A stretch of 64,000 bases of DNA from an uncultured Methanomassiliicoccales archaeon (GTDB taxonomy: Archaea > Thermoplasmatota > Thermoplasmata > Methanomassiliicoccales > UBA472). Below the pieces are notes generated by a model. That model was not told where the DNA came from. It worked only from the letters and a program-made list of their open reading frames with translations, and ran no database searches. Below are positions 9,541 to 18,330 of this stretch, piece by piece. The translations under genes and the position numbers were made by a program. The stretch is taken from contig OW818644.1 in the NCBI GenBank assembly GCA_942492955.1, positions 770,327 to 834,326 of the forward strand, given 5' to 3'. Numbering within the stretch: position 1 is the stretch's first letter; each line of letters starts with the position of its first letter.

Positions 9541-10488
9541 TTGAAGATCATAGTGACCGGCGGCGCTGGGTTCATTGGTAGCCATCTATGCGATGCGTTG
9601 TTAGAGAAAGGGCATGAGGTCCTCTGCGTAGACGATCTGAGCCTCGGTTCAGAGGAGAACATCAGACATCTCCTAGGGAACAAGGATTTCCACTTTTACC
9701 GGATGGACGTCACGAAGGGGAACGAATTCTCTAACCTGATGAGGGACAAGCAGATAGGGTGCGTCTTCCACCTGGCGGCCAACTCCGACATCCAGCAAGG
9801 AGCGGCCAACCCGTCTATAGACCTGGAACGCACGTTCATGACAACTTACAAGGTCCTGGAGGCAATGAGGCTGAACGGCGTGCGAGACCTGGTGTTCTCC
9901 TCCACTTCTGCCATATACGGCGAGAAGGACAGGGCTATCTCCGAGGACGAGGGTCCACTGCAGCCCATATCACTGTACGGGGCGGCCAAGCTTTGCTCCG
10001 AATCCTATATTTCGGCCTATTGCCACAACTTCGGGATCAAGGCCTGGATATGCCGGTTCCCTAACGTAGTGGGTGACCGGAGCACGCACGGCGTGATATA
10101 TGACTTCGTCAAGAAGCTGAACAAGGACCCGAGCCGGCTCGAGATCTTGGGCAACGGCAAGCAGCACAAGCCCTACATCTACGTCAAGGATCTGGTCTCC
10201 GGCATCCTCTTCTGCTGGGAAAACTCCGGGGAAACGCTGAACGTCTACAACCTCGGGGTGGACTCAGAAACGACGGTCACGGAAATAGCCGAGATAGTGG
10301 TGGACGAGATGGGGCTCAAGGACATCGATTTCGTCTACACTGGAGGGGACAGGGGCTGGAAGGGCGACGTACCGTATTTCGCGTATGACCTGAATAAGGT
10401 GCATGCCCTCGGATGGTCGGCGTCGAGGACCTCGAACGAAGCGGTGCGTCACTCGGTCCGGATGTTCCTGGCAAATCGCAAGAAGTGA
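9541..10488 (+). CDS. NAD-dependent nucleotide-sugar epimerase/dehydratase (extended SDR)
   Basis: Rossmann motif [26 protein letters not shown] and catalytic YGAAK (YxxxK). TTG start behind a GGAG element. Confidence 0.85.
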   Translation: MKIIVTGGAGFIGSHLCDALLEKGHEVLCVDDLSLGSEENIRHLLGNKDFHFYRMDVTKGNEFSNLMRDKQIGCVFHLAANSDIQQGAANPSIDLERTFMTTYKVLEAMRLNGVRDLVFSSTSAIYGEKDRAISEDEGPLQPISLYGAAKLCSESYISAYCHNFGIKAWICRFPNVVGDRSTHGVIYDFVKKLNKDPSRLEILGNGKQHKPYIYVKDLVSGILFCWENSGETLNVYNLGVDSETTVTEIAEIVVDEMGLKDIDFVYTGGDRGWKGDVPYFAYDLNKVHALGWSASRTSNEAVRHSVRMFLANRKK

Positions 10489-10505
10489 CCTCAGTATGTA
10501 TGGGA

Positions 10506-11753
10506 TCAACCGGACGGAACCGCGGGTATCCGTCCCCGGGATTCGATTTCCATGTAGGTCCAGCTGACCAAGGTGGTCCCGCCGAAAGCCACCAGCATGT
10601 CCAACGCGATGGTTACCAGGGAATCGTGGAACAGCACGATCAGGGCCACCTGAAGTGCGGTGAAGAACACCATAATCGCCAAATAGACCTTCGAGTCGAT
10701 CGCCAGACCGTAGTTCATGAACAGGTTGGCGATGCCCAGCAAGGCCATGGACATTCCCAGGATGCCCATCCCGGCCGCCGCCCCGATGTATTTGTCTCCC
10801 CCATAGAGAAGCCGAAGGATCTCGGCCGGGAACAGGAAGAAGGTGAGGACCACCACGCCGGTCACGGCAAGGGCGATCAGGACGGAGAGGCGCATCATGA
10901 CCACCGTACCGGCCTTCTTGGCATGCGCCGCCGCCAACTTCGGATAGATCACGATATTGATGGATGAGGGCAGGAACAGGATTATCTTGCTCAGCATCGA
11001 ACACACCGCGTAGAGCCCGGCGGTGTTAGGATCGAGGTACTGCCTGGCCAAGATAACATCAATATTGACCATTATGGTCAGACAGGCGACGGCGATGATC
11101 ACATGCAGGACCGACCCACGCATTTTCGTCAACTCCGATTTTGGCATGGGGGTGGGTCTGAGGCGGATGACATCCCGGATCGAATAGATGGCCACGATCA
11201 GGGCGAGAATCAGACCTATCAGGACGCCCCCCAAGGCCCCCATGATGCCAAACCCGATGACGACCAAGATTATGCCGGTTCCGAGTTTCACCACTGGCCC
11301 GGTGATGCCATAGAACGCATTGTAACGGAACCTCTCCAAACCCTGACTGGTTCCATAACCGACCGGAGAGATAAGCGAGATGATGACCCCGGCCATCAGC
11401 AGGAAGACTGGCAATGTCGATGAAAGATAGATGAAACTGGATATGCTGGGCAAGAGGAGATACATTCCCAGGGCAATGGCGGCCCCGGTCATCGACCCGT
11501 ATACCACCATTTTCCGGACCAACCAGGAGATCTCGTTCTGTCTCCCCTCGACGTTTAGGCGAGAAGACTGCTTGACCAGGAATGTGCTCATCACTTGGGC
11601 CGGCGCTATGGCCAAATAGAACATGGACAACAATGCAGAAAGCTCAGAGAAGCTGGCCGGCGTCATCGTGCCGCTCATGTAGTATTGGAAAAGATAATCG
11701 CATCCTCCACCCAATAGAGTGGCCACTGCCATCATCAATGCCGGCTTGGCCAT
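10506..11753 (-). CDS. Wzx-like polysaccharide/oligosaccharide flippase (MOP superfamily)
   Basis: Polytopic membrane protein. Paralogous to the 30436-31689 product: MAKPALMMAVATLLGGGCDYLFQYYM vs LAKPALLMFVATVIAGGCNYVYQIMM. ATG at 11753 was verified in frame. The ORF-track start at 12017 adds an 88-aa non-membrane, Arg-rich leader that overlaps the divergent gene. Confidence 0.8.
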   Translation of the reverse strand: MAKPALMMAVATLLGGGCDYLFQYYMSGTMTPASFSELSALLSMFYLAIAPAQVMSTFLVKQSSRLNVEGRQNEISWLVRKMVVYGSMTGAAIALGMYLLLPSISSFIYLSSTLPVFLLMAGVIISLISPVGYGTSQGLERFRYNAFYGITGPVVKLGTGIILVVIGFGIMGALGGVLIGLILALIVAIYSIRDVIRLRPTPMPKSELTKMRGSVLHVIIAVACLTIMVNIDVILARQYLDPNTAGLYAVCSMLSKIILFLPSSINIVIYPKLAAAHAKKAGTVVMMRLSVLIALAVTGVVVLTFFLFPAEILRLLYGGDKYIGAAAGMGILGMSMALLGIANLFMNYGLAIDSKVYLAIMVFFTALQVALIVLFHDSLVTIALDMLVAFGGTTLVSWTYMEIESRGRIPAVPSG

Positions 11754-12034
11754 GTCCCCGACCCCCCGTGGGCGATGCAACGGTCGGGATAGGGTATTGA
11801 ATATTATTAATCGATGCAGAGAGACCAGTGGATCCAAGCGCACGATATGGCTCAAAGAACGTTGACGGCCGATTCTGGCTTCCAAGAACGATCTCAGATT
11901 CGGCGAGAGCCCGGAGTATTCATCGGCTGATGGCGCAGGCTTATTGTCCCATGCATCGGATCGCAGGACCTCCCGCCTCCTCAAGGAATATTGATTTATC
12001 CCTGGCAAGCGCTCCACGTGGTGTCGGTGAGCAT

Positions 12035-12853
12035 TTGAAGGTCACGAAGCGATCCGGAGAAATCGAAGAGTTCGACCGTTCCAAGACCAAGATCGCGGTC
12101 ATGCGAGCAGGAACCTCGCCAGATGAGGCTGATGACATCATCAATCGGCTCATGCCAAGGCTCTATGAAGGCATCACCACTGAGGAGATCTACCGTCAGA
12201 TCCGAGGGATGCTCAATGCCCGAAGTGCCGCCCGCTATGGTCTGAAGAAGTCGATCCTAGCCCTGGGACCGGACGGACGCAACTTCGAGACCTTGGTCTT
12301 CCGTCTCTTTCAGGCGATGGGGTACGATGCAAAAGTGAGGCAACTGGTCGACGGACGTTGCCTGACCCATGAGGTGGACGTCATGATGGAGAAGGACGGC
12401 AAGCACTTCATGGTGGAATGCAAGTTCCATAATTCCCTGTCGATCAAATGCGCCATCCAGACCGCATTGTACACCTATGGAAGGTTCCTTGATGTGGATG
12501 CCGGAAGCGACCTCGAATGCCCCTATCTGGTCACCAACACCCGTTTCTCCAGTGAGGTGGTGAAGTACGCAGAATGCATCTGCATGAGGCTGATCGGATG
12601 GAAACAACCAGAAAAGGGCGGTCTTGAGGAGCTCATCGAACGGTACCATTTGTATCCGGTCACCATGCTGGAACTTAAGAGATCAGAGATCAGGATGCTC
12701 CTGGAGAAGGATATTGTCCTGGTGGCCGACGTTCTGGAAAGAAAGGATGATGTCATCAGGTCATTGGGTCGGGACTCTGCCTCGAATGCCTTCCATGCGG
12801 CGGAGATGCTCGGTTTCGTCGGACCGGAGAATCGGACCGCGGGAAAGAACTGA
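12035..12853 (+). CDS. ATP-cone domain fused to a PD-(D/E)xK (Mrr-like restriction endonuclease fold) domain
   Basis: From TTG at 12035 the protein begins (M)KVTKRSGEIEEFDRSKTKIAVMRAG...ITTEEIYRQI, an ATP-cone-like N-terminus. It continues FETLVFRLFQAMGY...HEVDVMMEKDGKHFMVECKF, with D...ExK nuclease motifs. The ORF track starts at 11828 with a low-complexity leader; alternative ATGs lie at 11930 and 11951. Confidence 0.7.
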   Translation: MKVTKRSGEIEEFDRSKTKIAVMRAGTSPDEADDIINRLMPRLYEGITTEEIYRQIRGMLNARSAARYGLKKSILALGPDGRNFETLVFRLFQAMGYDAKVRQLVDGRCLTHEVDVMMEKDGKHFMVECKFHNSLSIKCAIQTALYTYGRFLDVDAGSDLECPYLVTNTRFSSEVVKYAECICMRLIGWKQPEKGGLEELIERYHLYPVTMLELKRSEIRMLLEKDIVLVADVLERKDDVIRSLGRDSASNAFHAAEMLGFVGPENRTAGKN

Positions 12854-12871
12854 TGGAACGGGAGAACATCC

Positions 12872-13978
12872 CTACTCGCTGACCCGAGCCCGATATCCAT
12901 CTATCGCATCCTTGTAGATGTCGAGGTATCGCTCCGACACTTGCTGCCAGGAGATCAATTTGTCACTGAGGGGTCCGACCTTCATGCCCCCTCCGATCGC
13001 TTTCTCGATCAGGGCGGCCACCTCCGTGGCGTCTGGGGGATATTCAACCCCAAAACACCCAGGTTCAGACGTGAACTCGGTGAGTGCCGACGTTCTAGCC
13101 ACGATGCATGGAGTGCCGGACTTCAGCGCCTCAGCGATCACCAAGCCGTAGGCTTCCAGGGCAGAGAGCAAGACCAGGACGCCGGCTTTATGGTACTCTA
13201 CGTTCAGCTGTTCATCGCTGACTCCCTCTAACCATTCCACTTGCCCGTCCAGACCAAGATCGTGTGCGGACTTGACAAGAGAGTCCTTCTCTGGCCCGGT
13301 GCCGACGATGCGGAGCCGGATGACCTTACCCCGACCCTTAAGAACGGACATCGCGGAAAGGATGTGGTCCACTCCCTTGTATTTCACCAGCCTTCCCACG
13401 TAGAGGATCGATCCTTCCCTCGGCACCTCCACTTTCTGGAGATCCATTCCTCCGTTGGGCACTATCACGATACTATCATCGAGAAGATGGAAATCATTCT
13501 GGACCAAGTTCTTCTCGAAGTTCGAAACGCAGATGTTCTTTTCCGACCAATGGTAGATGTTGGCGCCGTAGACCCGATAGACGCGGAACAGAAGGTCTCG
13601 CTTCCTATTTTGCCCATGCCCATGGTAATGTGTCGTAAAAACGAAGGGAAGACCCTGCGAACGGCAATAGAACGCTGCCATCAACGCCTGCGGCGAGTGA
13701 AAGTTATGGATGTTGACAATATCGTAATGCTCCGGAGTGGCGTTCTTGACCAGCCACTCCCTCATTCCCAGATGAATTCCCATCCGTGCAAGACCCTGCC
13801 TGCGGAAGCGTATCACGTGAACCCCGTTGATGACCTCATCGGAATCCTTTAAGAGGTCCATGCAGACCACGGTGCACTGATGCCCAGCAAGAACATGACG
13901 TTCGGCGAGCGTGCGGACCAGGGTCTCCACTCCGCCTATGACCGGATGGTAGTATTTGGTGACCACTAGGATACGCAT
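12872..13978 (-). CDS. family 4 (group 1) glycosyltransferase
   Basis: N-terminal MRILVVTKYYHPVIGGVETLV and a C-terminal GT-B region with EAYGLVIAEALKSGTPCIV (E-x7-E-like). Confidence 0.85.
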   Translation of the reverse strand: MRILVVTKYYHPVIGGVETLVRTLAERHVLAGHQCTVVCMDLLKDSDEVINGVHVIRFRRQGLARMGIHLGMREWLVKNATPEHYDIVNIHNFHSPQALMAAFYCRSQGLPFVFTTHYHGHGQNRKRDLLFRVYRVYGANIYHWSEKNICVSNFEKNLVQNDFHLLDDSIVIVPNGGMDLQKVEVPREGSILYVGRLVKYKGVDHILSAMSVLKGRGKVIRLRIVGTGPEKDSLVKSAHDLGLDGQVEWLEGVSDEQLNVEYHKAGVLVLLSALEAYGLVIAEALKSGTPCIVARTSALTEFTSEPGCFGVEYPPDATEVAALIEKAIGGGMKVGPLSDKLISWQQVSERYLDIYKDAIDGYRARVSE

Positions 13979-14293
13979 ATTCCCCTCAACACCGCGATGC
14001 CTGAATGGGTATGGAAGACAGGTCCAAAAATGTATGGGATAGAAGATATTCAGAATATCGCATAGCTCCGCTCGACTGATTCGCGCAAATCCCTGCGGGT
14101 CTCATGGGCACCAAAACATCAGACATGTCAAACTAAACACCTATCGGCGGACATCGTAATGATTCAGTATCAGCACCAAGATCGATTCGTATCAAGCTGC
14201 CCGATGTCGCCATTTGTGAGTAATAAATTTGCGCGAAAATTCACTTTCCTAAGATTTGACCGGGGCACTGGATCGAATGGGAAAGGATCTCGG

Positions 14294-15118
14294 TTATTTT
14301 CTACCTTTGAAGAGGGCGGACAATGCACCCAGGCCAGATGCGATATATCTGCTGGCTTGATATACCGAAAAACCGACAGCCATGTCTGGGTGTCTGTAGA
14401 ATTCCCTCCAACCCCGTAGGATTGCCGGTCTTATCACACTGATTTGCTTCATCCCTCTTTCCTCATTCTTATCCACGAATGATTTAATGGATTTTCCGTA
14501 ATAATAGTGCTTCTTTAGGACGTCGACAAGATTCGTTGGTTCTCCAAGATGCAATTCTGTTGATTTCGTCATACCGATCTTGAAATTCTTCTTCATTATC
14601 CGATTGTGCAGATCGTAGTCCTCGCCTGCCACTAACTTCTCGTCGAACCCTCCAACCTCTTGGAGAACCTTTCTCGAGAAAAATCTCGCCGCAACGTTAA
14701 GATCGTCATCGACGTAAAAATTCCTTTCAAAGTTCCTCACCTTCGACCAAAAGCTCACGGTCGGATCTGAAATATTGGGTATGCACACGGCATCAAAACC
14801 TGATTCGCATAAGGCCACAGCCTCTGAAACGACATTCTTGTCCACTACGAAATCAGAGTCTACGCGGTACAAGTACTCCCCCTTGGCCTTGCTGAATCCG
14901 AAATTGATCTGAGTGCTCCTTTCAGGTCCAATCTGGTAAATGGTATCGGTGAATCGTTTTGCTATCTCTAAAGTGGCATCTTTGGAAAAATTATCAACTA
15001 ATATTATCTCTATGTACGGATGGGTCTGTTCTTTTAATGATCTCAAGCACCTTTCAAGGTATTTTGAAGAATTCAGCGTGGGTACGATAACGGATACTAA
15101 TTTTCCAGGAGCTTCCAT
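14294..15118 (-). CDS. family 2 glycosyltransferase
   Basis: VSVIVPTLNSSKYLERCLRSLKEQTHPYIEIILVDNFSKDAT and RVDSDF match GT2 motifs. Confidence 0.85.
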   Translation of the reverse strand: MEAPGKLVSVIVPTLNSSKYLERCLRSLKEQTHPYIEIILVDNFSKDATLEIAKRFTDTIYQIGPERSTQINFGFSKAKGEYLYRVDSDFVVDKNVVSEAVALCESGFDAVCIPNISDPTVSFWSKVRNFERNFYVDDDLNVAARFFSRKVLQEVGGFDEKLVAGEDYDLHNRIMKKNFKIGMTKSTELHLGEPTNLVDVLKKHYYYGKSIKSFVDKNEERGMKQISVIRPAILRGWREFYRHPDMAVGFSVYQASRYIASGLGALSALFKGRK

Positions 15119-15370
15119 AGATAGATCACTAGCAGCTTCATTCCTGAATCCAGGGCCGCCATAAAAGAATTGTGGTGAACCGTGGTGTGGTGGTATTCTG
15201 ATAGATCACTCTGAAATGACCGATTGTAACTGCCTAGTTGCCGATTTCAGTTGGACAATTTGGTACGCCTCCCGATAAATGGGATTACACTATTTTTACA
15301 AATTCGAGCGCCCAGTTTTTCATATGGTTATTATATTCGAAATTGGTTGGAGTACAGGAAAGGAATTGAA

Positions 15371-16240
15371 ATGATTGACTCATTGCCGATTTTCGATAAG
15401 ATAACCTGGCTTCCGTACCATTATTTCAACAAAATCAGAAGTAACGATAACAAGACCATTTCTTTGGACATGTCCAAGTATGGAATAAATACAAAATTCA
15501 AAATGCGGCTACCGGAGAAGGACGATGGCCTGTCGCAACAACTGACCGTTTATGAATTCAGAGAGCCGATCAACTGCAGACACTATTGCGAATTCATTAC
15601 CGCCGAAGACAGACTATTGGACATCGGGTCGAATGTCGGGTTCTTTCCAATTTTAGGAGGTCGGGCATCCAAGATCATATGCGTGGAGCCTCTGGAAGAA
15701 TTGATCCCGTTGCTGATCGAGAATATTCGAGCGAACAACCTTTCCGACAAGTGTGAAATAATCCAAGCGGCAGTGGGAAACAAACAAACGCTACATCTGG
15801 AAGCCAACCATCAGATGAATCTATCCAGAATCGTAGATGGGGCGAGCGGTAAGACCAGAGAGGTCAAGGGTGTGACCCTCAGGGAACTTGTGTCCAAATA
15901 TGACACTAATGTCATCAGAATGGATGTGGAAGGATATGAGCACGAAATCCTGTACAACCAAATACCTGAGAAGATCAATAAAATATCACTAGAATTTCAC
16001 ACGGGGCTCATGGGAAGGGAAAAATCAGCCGAATTGTTGGAATACTTCAAGAAAGAAGGATTTGTGTTCAGTTACTTCATTGAAGATGTTCCATTGAGAC
16101 TGTATCCATTCCTTCATGTCCTAAGAAATGCAGATCTGTTTCATCCGATATCATATGCTATACAGAATCTTGATGGCGATGAGGTTAGCAGAAGGATATT
16201 GACGGGGAGATCCCTCAAATATCTATTCTTATCAAGATGA
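15371..16240 (+). CDS. FkbM-family methyltransferase
   Basis: LLDIGSNVGFFPILGG (SAM motif) and VIRMDVEGYEHEIL (FkbM hallmark). ATG at 15371 was verified behind AGGAA. The ORF-track TTG is at 15251. Confidence 0.75.
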   Translation: MIDSLPIFDKITWLPYHYFNKIRSNDNKTISLDMSKYGINTKFKMRLPEKDDGLSQQLTVYEFREPINCRHYCEFITAEDRLLDIGSNVGFFPILGGRASKIICVEPLEELIPLLIENIRANNLSDKCEIIQAAVGNKQTLHLEANHQMNLSRIVDGASGKTREVKGVTLRELVSKYDTNVIRMDVEGYEHEILYNQIPEKINKISLEFHTGLMGREKSAELLEYFKKEGFVFSYFIEDVPLRLYPFLHVLRNADLFHPISYAIQNLDGDEVSRRILTGRSLKYLFLSR

Positions 16241-16342
16241 TGGACATTTAATCAAATGATTCACTTGATGATGCCAGTCGCAATGTTCGAAGTTCAATCT
16301 GTCATTTTAGAAGAATGAAATGTGATGGTTGTTCCATGGTAT

Positions 16343-16687
16343 CTAAAGTCCGCCCCTCGGACGATCTCTCTGCCAGAATTTAATTATGACATTCGGGATT
16401 ATCCGGAAATGAGAAGGCTCCTTGTTGGACTTGGCGATAGATGCCGGTCGAATGTTGGGAGATACCAGATCAAGGCATATGAGGATGAAACCGGTCACGA
16501 AACAGTAGAATGCCAAGATCCCTACAAACCTAGCATTATCTGGTGATTTTGTTGCCGAGAAACCAGCAGACAGTATGAGCAGGAATATTGAAACGACTAT
16601 CGATAATCTTGAATCGACCCTGAACCCATACCTTAGAATGACCAGGAGAATTATTATTGAACACCCGATGATTGCTAAGAAGTCCAA
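16343..16687 (-). CDS. hypothetical small polytopic membrane protein
   Basis: 114-aa ORF with a TTG start and three hydrophobic helices. Located inside the glycan cluster. No family recognised. Confidence 0.4.
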   Translation of the reverse strand: MDFLAIIGCSIIILLVILRYGFRVDSRLSIVVSIFLLILSAGFSATKSPDNARFVGILAFYCFVTGFILICLDLVSPNIRPASIAKSNKEPSHFRIIPNVIIKFWQRDRPRGGL

Positions 16688-16959
16688 GGTTCACACACCT
16701 TCAACAGTGTTTCCGTATGATGCATCCAGAATATATGGGTTTATGTAAAATCAATTTCGGGCAAATTCATTATATTGATAACAACAACGCATTAAACCGA
16801 CTTTGAATGAAGTTGCTGTTTCTATCCGATAAGGTGGGTTCAAGGATGGTGGTGAGGAACCCGGGACAAACAAAGTTCGAATCACGCTTGATTTCAACCA
16901 TGCCTGGACTGAAGCTGGGAACTGATCTCGATCGCCCCATGATCTTCAACGAATCGAAC

Positions 16960-18141
16960 CTATTTGCCCAAGTCACCATTCCATTCGGGCCAAGCTTTCC
17001 TAATCAGTTCAAGATCGTCCATGGCCACCACCGACCAGTCATATCTTCCTACGAAATTGATCCCCTTCTCAGAAATGACCTTTCTGCCACTCTCATCATC
17101 CAGTAGATGGGCTACTGTTGAAGCGAAGATATCACGATTCGCGATCGGGATCCAACTCACATTGTTCCCCCACACCGGACGAATTTTTGGCAAATCATAT
17201 GCTACTACGGGGAGGCCAGATGCGAGCGCTTCTCCGATCACGATTCCCCAATTCTCCCCGTATGAGGGAAGAACAAAGACCTTGCTAGATCTCAGGATGG
17301 AGTTCTTCCTTTGGAAATCCGAAATCCTTCCCAGTAACACGATATTTGTCTCTAGACCCTCCTTCCTGATTCTGCCCTTTAGCTCATCCTCGATCGCCTC
17401 CGAGCCAGAGCCAATAATTGCCAATCTGGCATTTGGCTTGACCTTGCAGACAGATTTCCATATCTCAACCAGATCGAAGATGCCCTTTTCCTGAGCGAAA
17501 CGGCCGATGAAAACGCCATCGAATCCGTTCTCCGGAGGCGACTCAATTTTTCTTATGCCAGCATAGTCAACACCACAAGCAACCGTTTCGACCTTTTCCT
17601 TTGGTATTCCGATCTTGTTGACTATATCCTCTTTAGTGGGATTGGAAACCGCGAGTATCACATCTGCCTTCCTTTTTGCTATAAAGTATCCGATCCGATC
17701 GTTCAGATAGAACAGGATTGAGTTGACGTAGGGCACTCCGGGTCTCTTGATTGGAATGACGTGATGGGCGACTACTGCCAACCGTGAGCTGTGGTTTCGG
17801 GACCGGATGAGTGCTCCCGGGAGAACATCATACAACAGCTCAGTTGTTGAGTATATCAGACCTTCAAATCGCTTCAAGTCGTCTGGGATATTGAACGAAT
17901 TGAAGACCCGGTCGACATAATCGATGATGCCAGTTCCTGTGCCTGTCGGCAGAACGTGAAAAATGGCCTCTAGTTTAAGTTGAGTGCATAGTTCCAGGCC
18001 AGCCTTCTGGGTCAGAACGTGTACCTCAATCCCTGATTCCTTCCAGACTTTTGCCACCGATATCCATCTGACATCTCCTCCACTGATGTTCACAACTCCA
18101 TTTGAGACGTCGATTCCGTGGGCGATGAATAGGACTTTCAT
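16960..18141 (-). CDS. family 4 (group 1) glycosyltransferase
   Basis: MKVLFIAHGIDVSNG..., a GT-B C-terminal half with VLPSYGENWGIVIGEALASGLPVV, and a TAG stop. Confidence 0.85.
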   Translation of the reverse strand: MKVLFIAHGIDVSNGVVNISGGDVRWISVAKVWKESGIEVHVLTQKAGLELCTQLKLEAIFHVLPTGTGTGIIDYVDRVFNSFNIPDDLKRFEGLIYSTTELLYDVLPGALIRSRNHSSRLAVVAHHVIPIKRPGVPYVNSILFYLNDRIGYFIAKRKADVILAVSNPTKEDIVNKIGIPKEKVETVACGVDYAGIRKIESPPENGFDGVFIGRFAQEKGIFDLVEIWKSVCKVKPNARLAIIGSGSEAIEDELKGRIRKEGLETNIVLLGRISDFQRKNSILRSSKVFVLPSYGENWGIVIGEALASGLPVVAYDLPKIRPVWGNNVSWIPIANRDIFASTVAHLLDDESGRKVISEKGINFVGRYDWSVVAMDDLELIRKAWPEWNGDLGK

Positions 18142-18330
18142 GTTATGCTCTCTTTGCGAATGTCGTCTGACGGTATCACCGATTTAATCCAGCGTATCCA
18201 CTGATAATCACTTATAGGCTTCGATTTTTGGAAACCGAAGCCAGGATCACTGAATTCTCGACCCGCCACCAAAAAGGAGCTCGGAGGTCATTCTTCCTAA
18301 GCATTAGACGGATCGGAAATAGCTTTCTTA

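Noticed and set aside
10264-11004. 246-aa minus-strand ORF spanning the epimerase 3' end and the flippase 3' end.
   Set aside because: It is out of frame with the flippase, whose hydrophobic polytopic translation is convincing. Its own translation is Gly/Arg/Pro/His-rich and not protein-like.
16770-16979. 69-aa minus-strand ORF just downstream of the GT4 gene, a possible frameshifted remnant.
   Set aside because: It starts inside the GT4 3' end in another frame and has no recognisable similarity to neighbouring proteins. There is not enough evidence for either a gene or a pseudogene.
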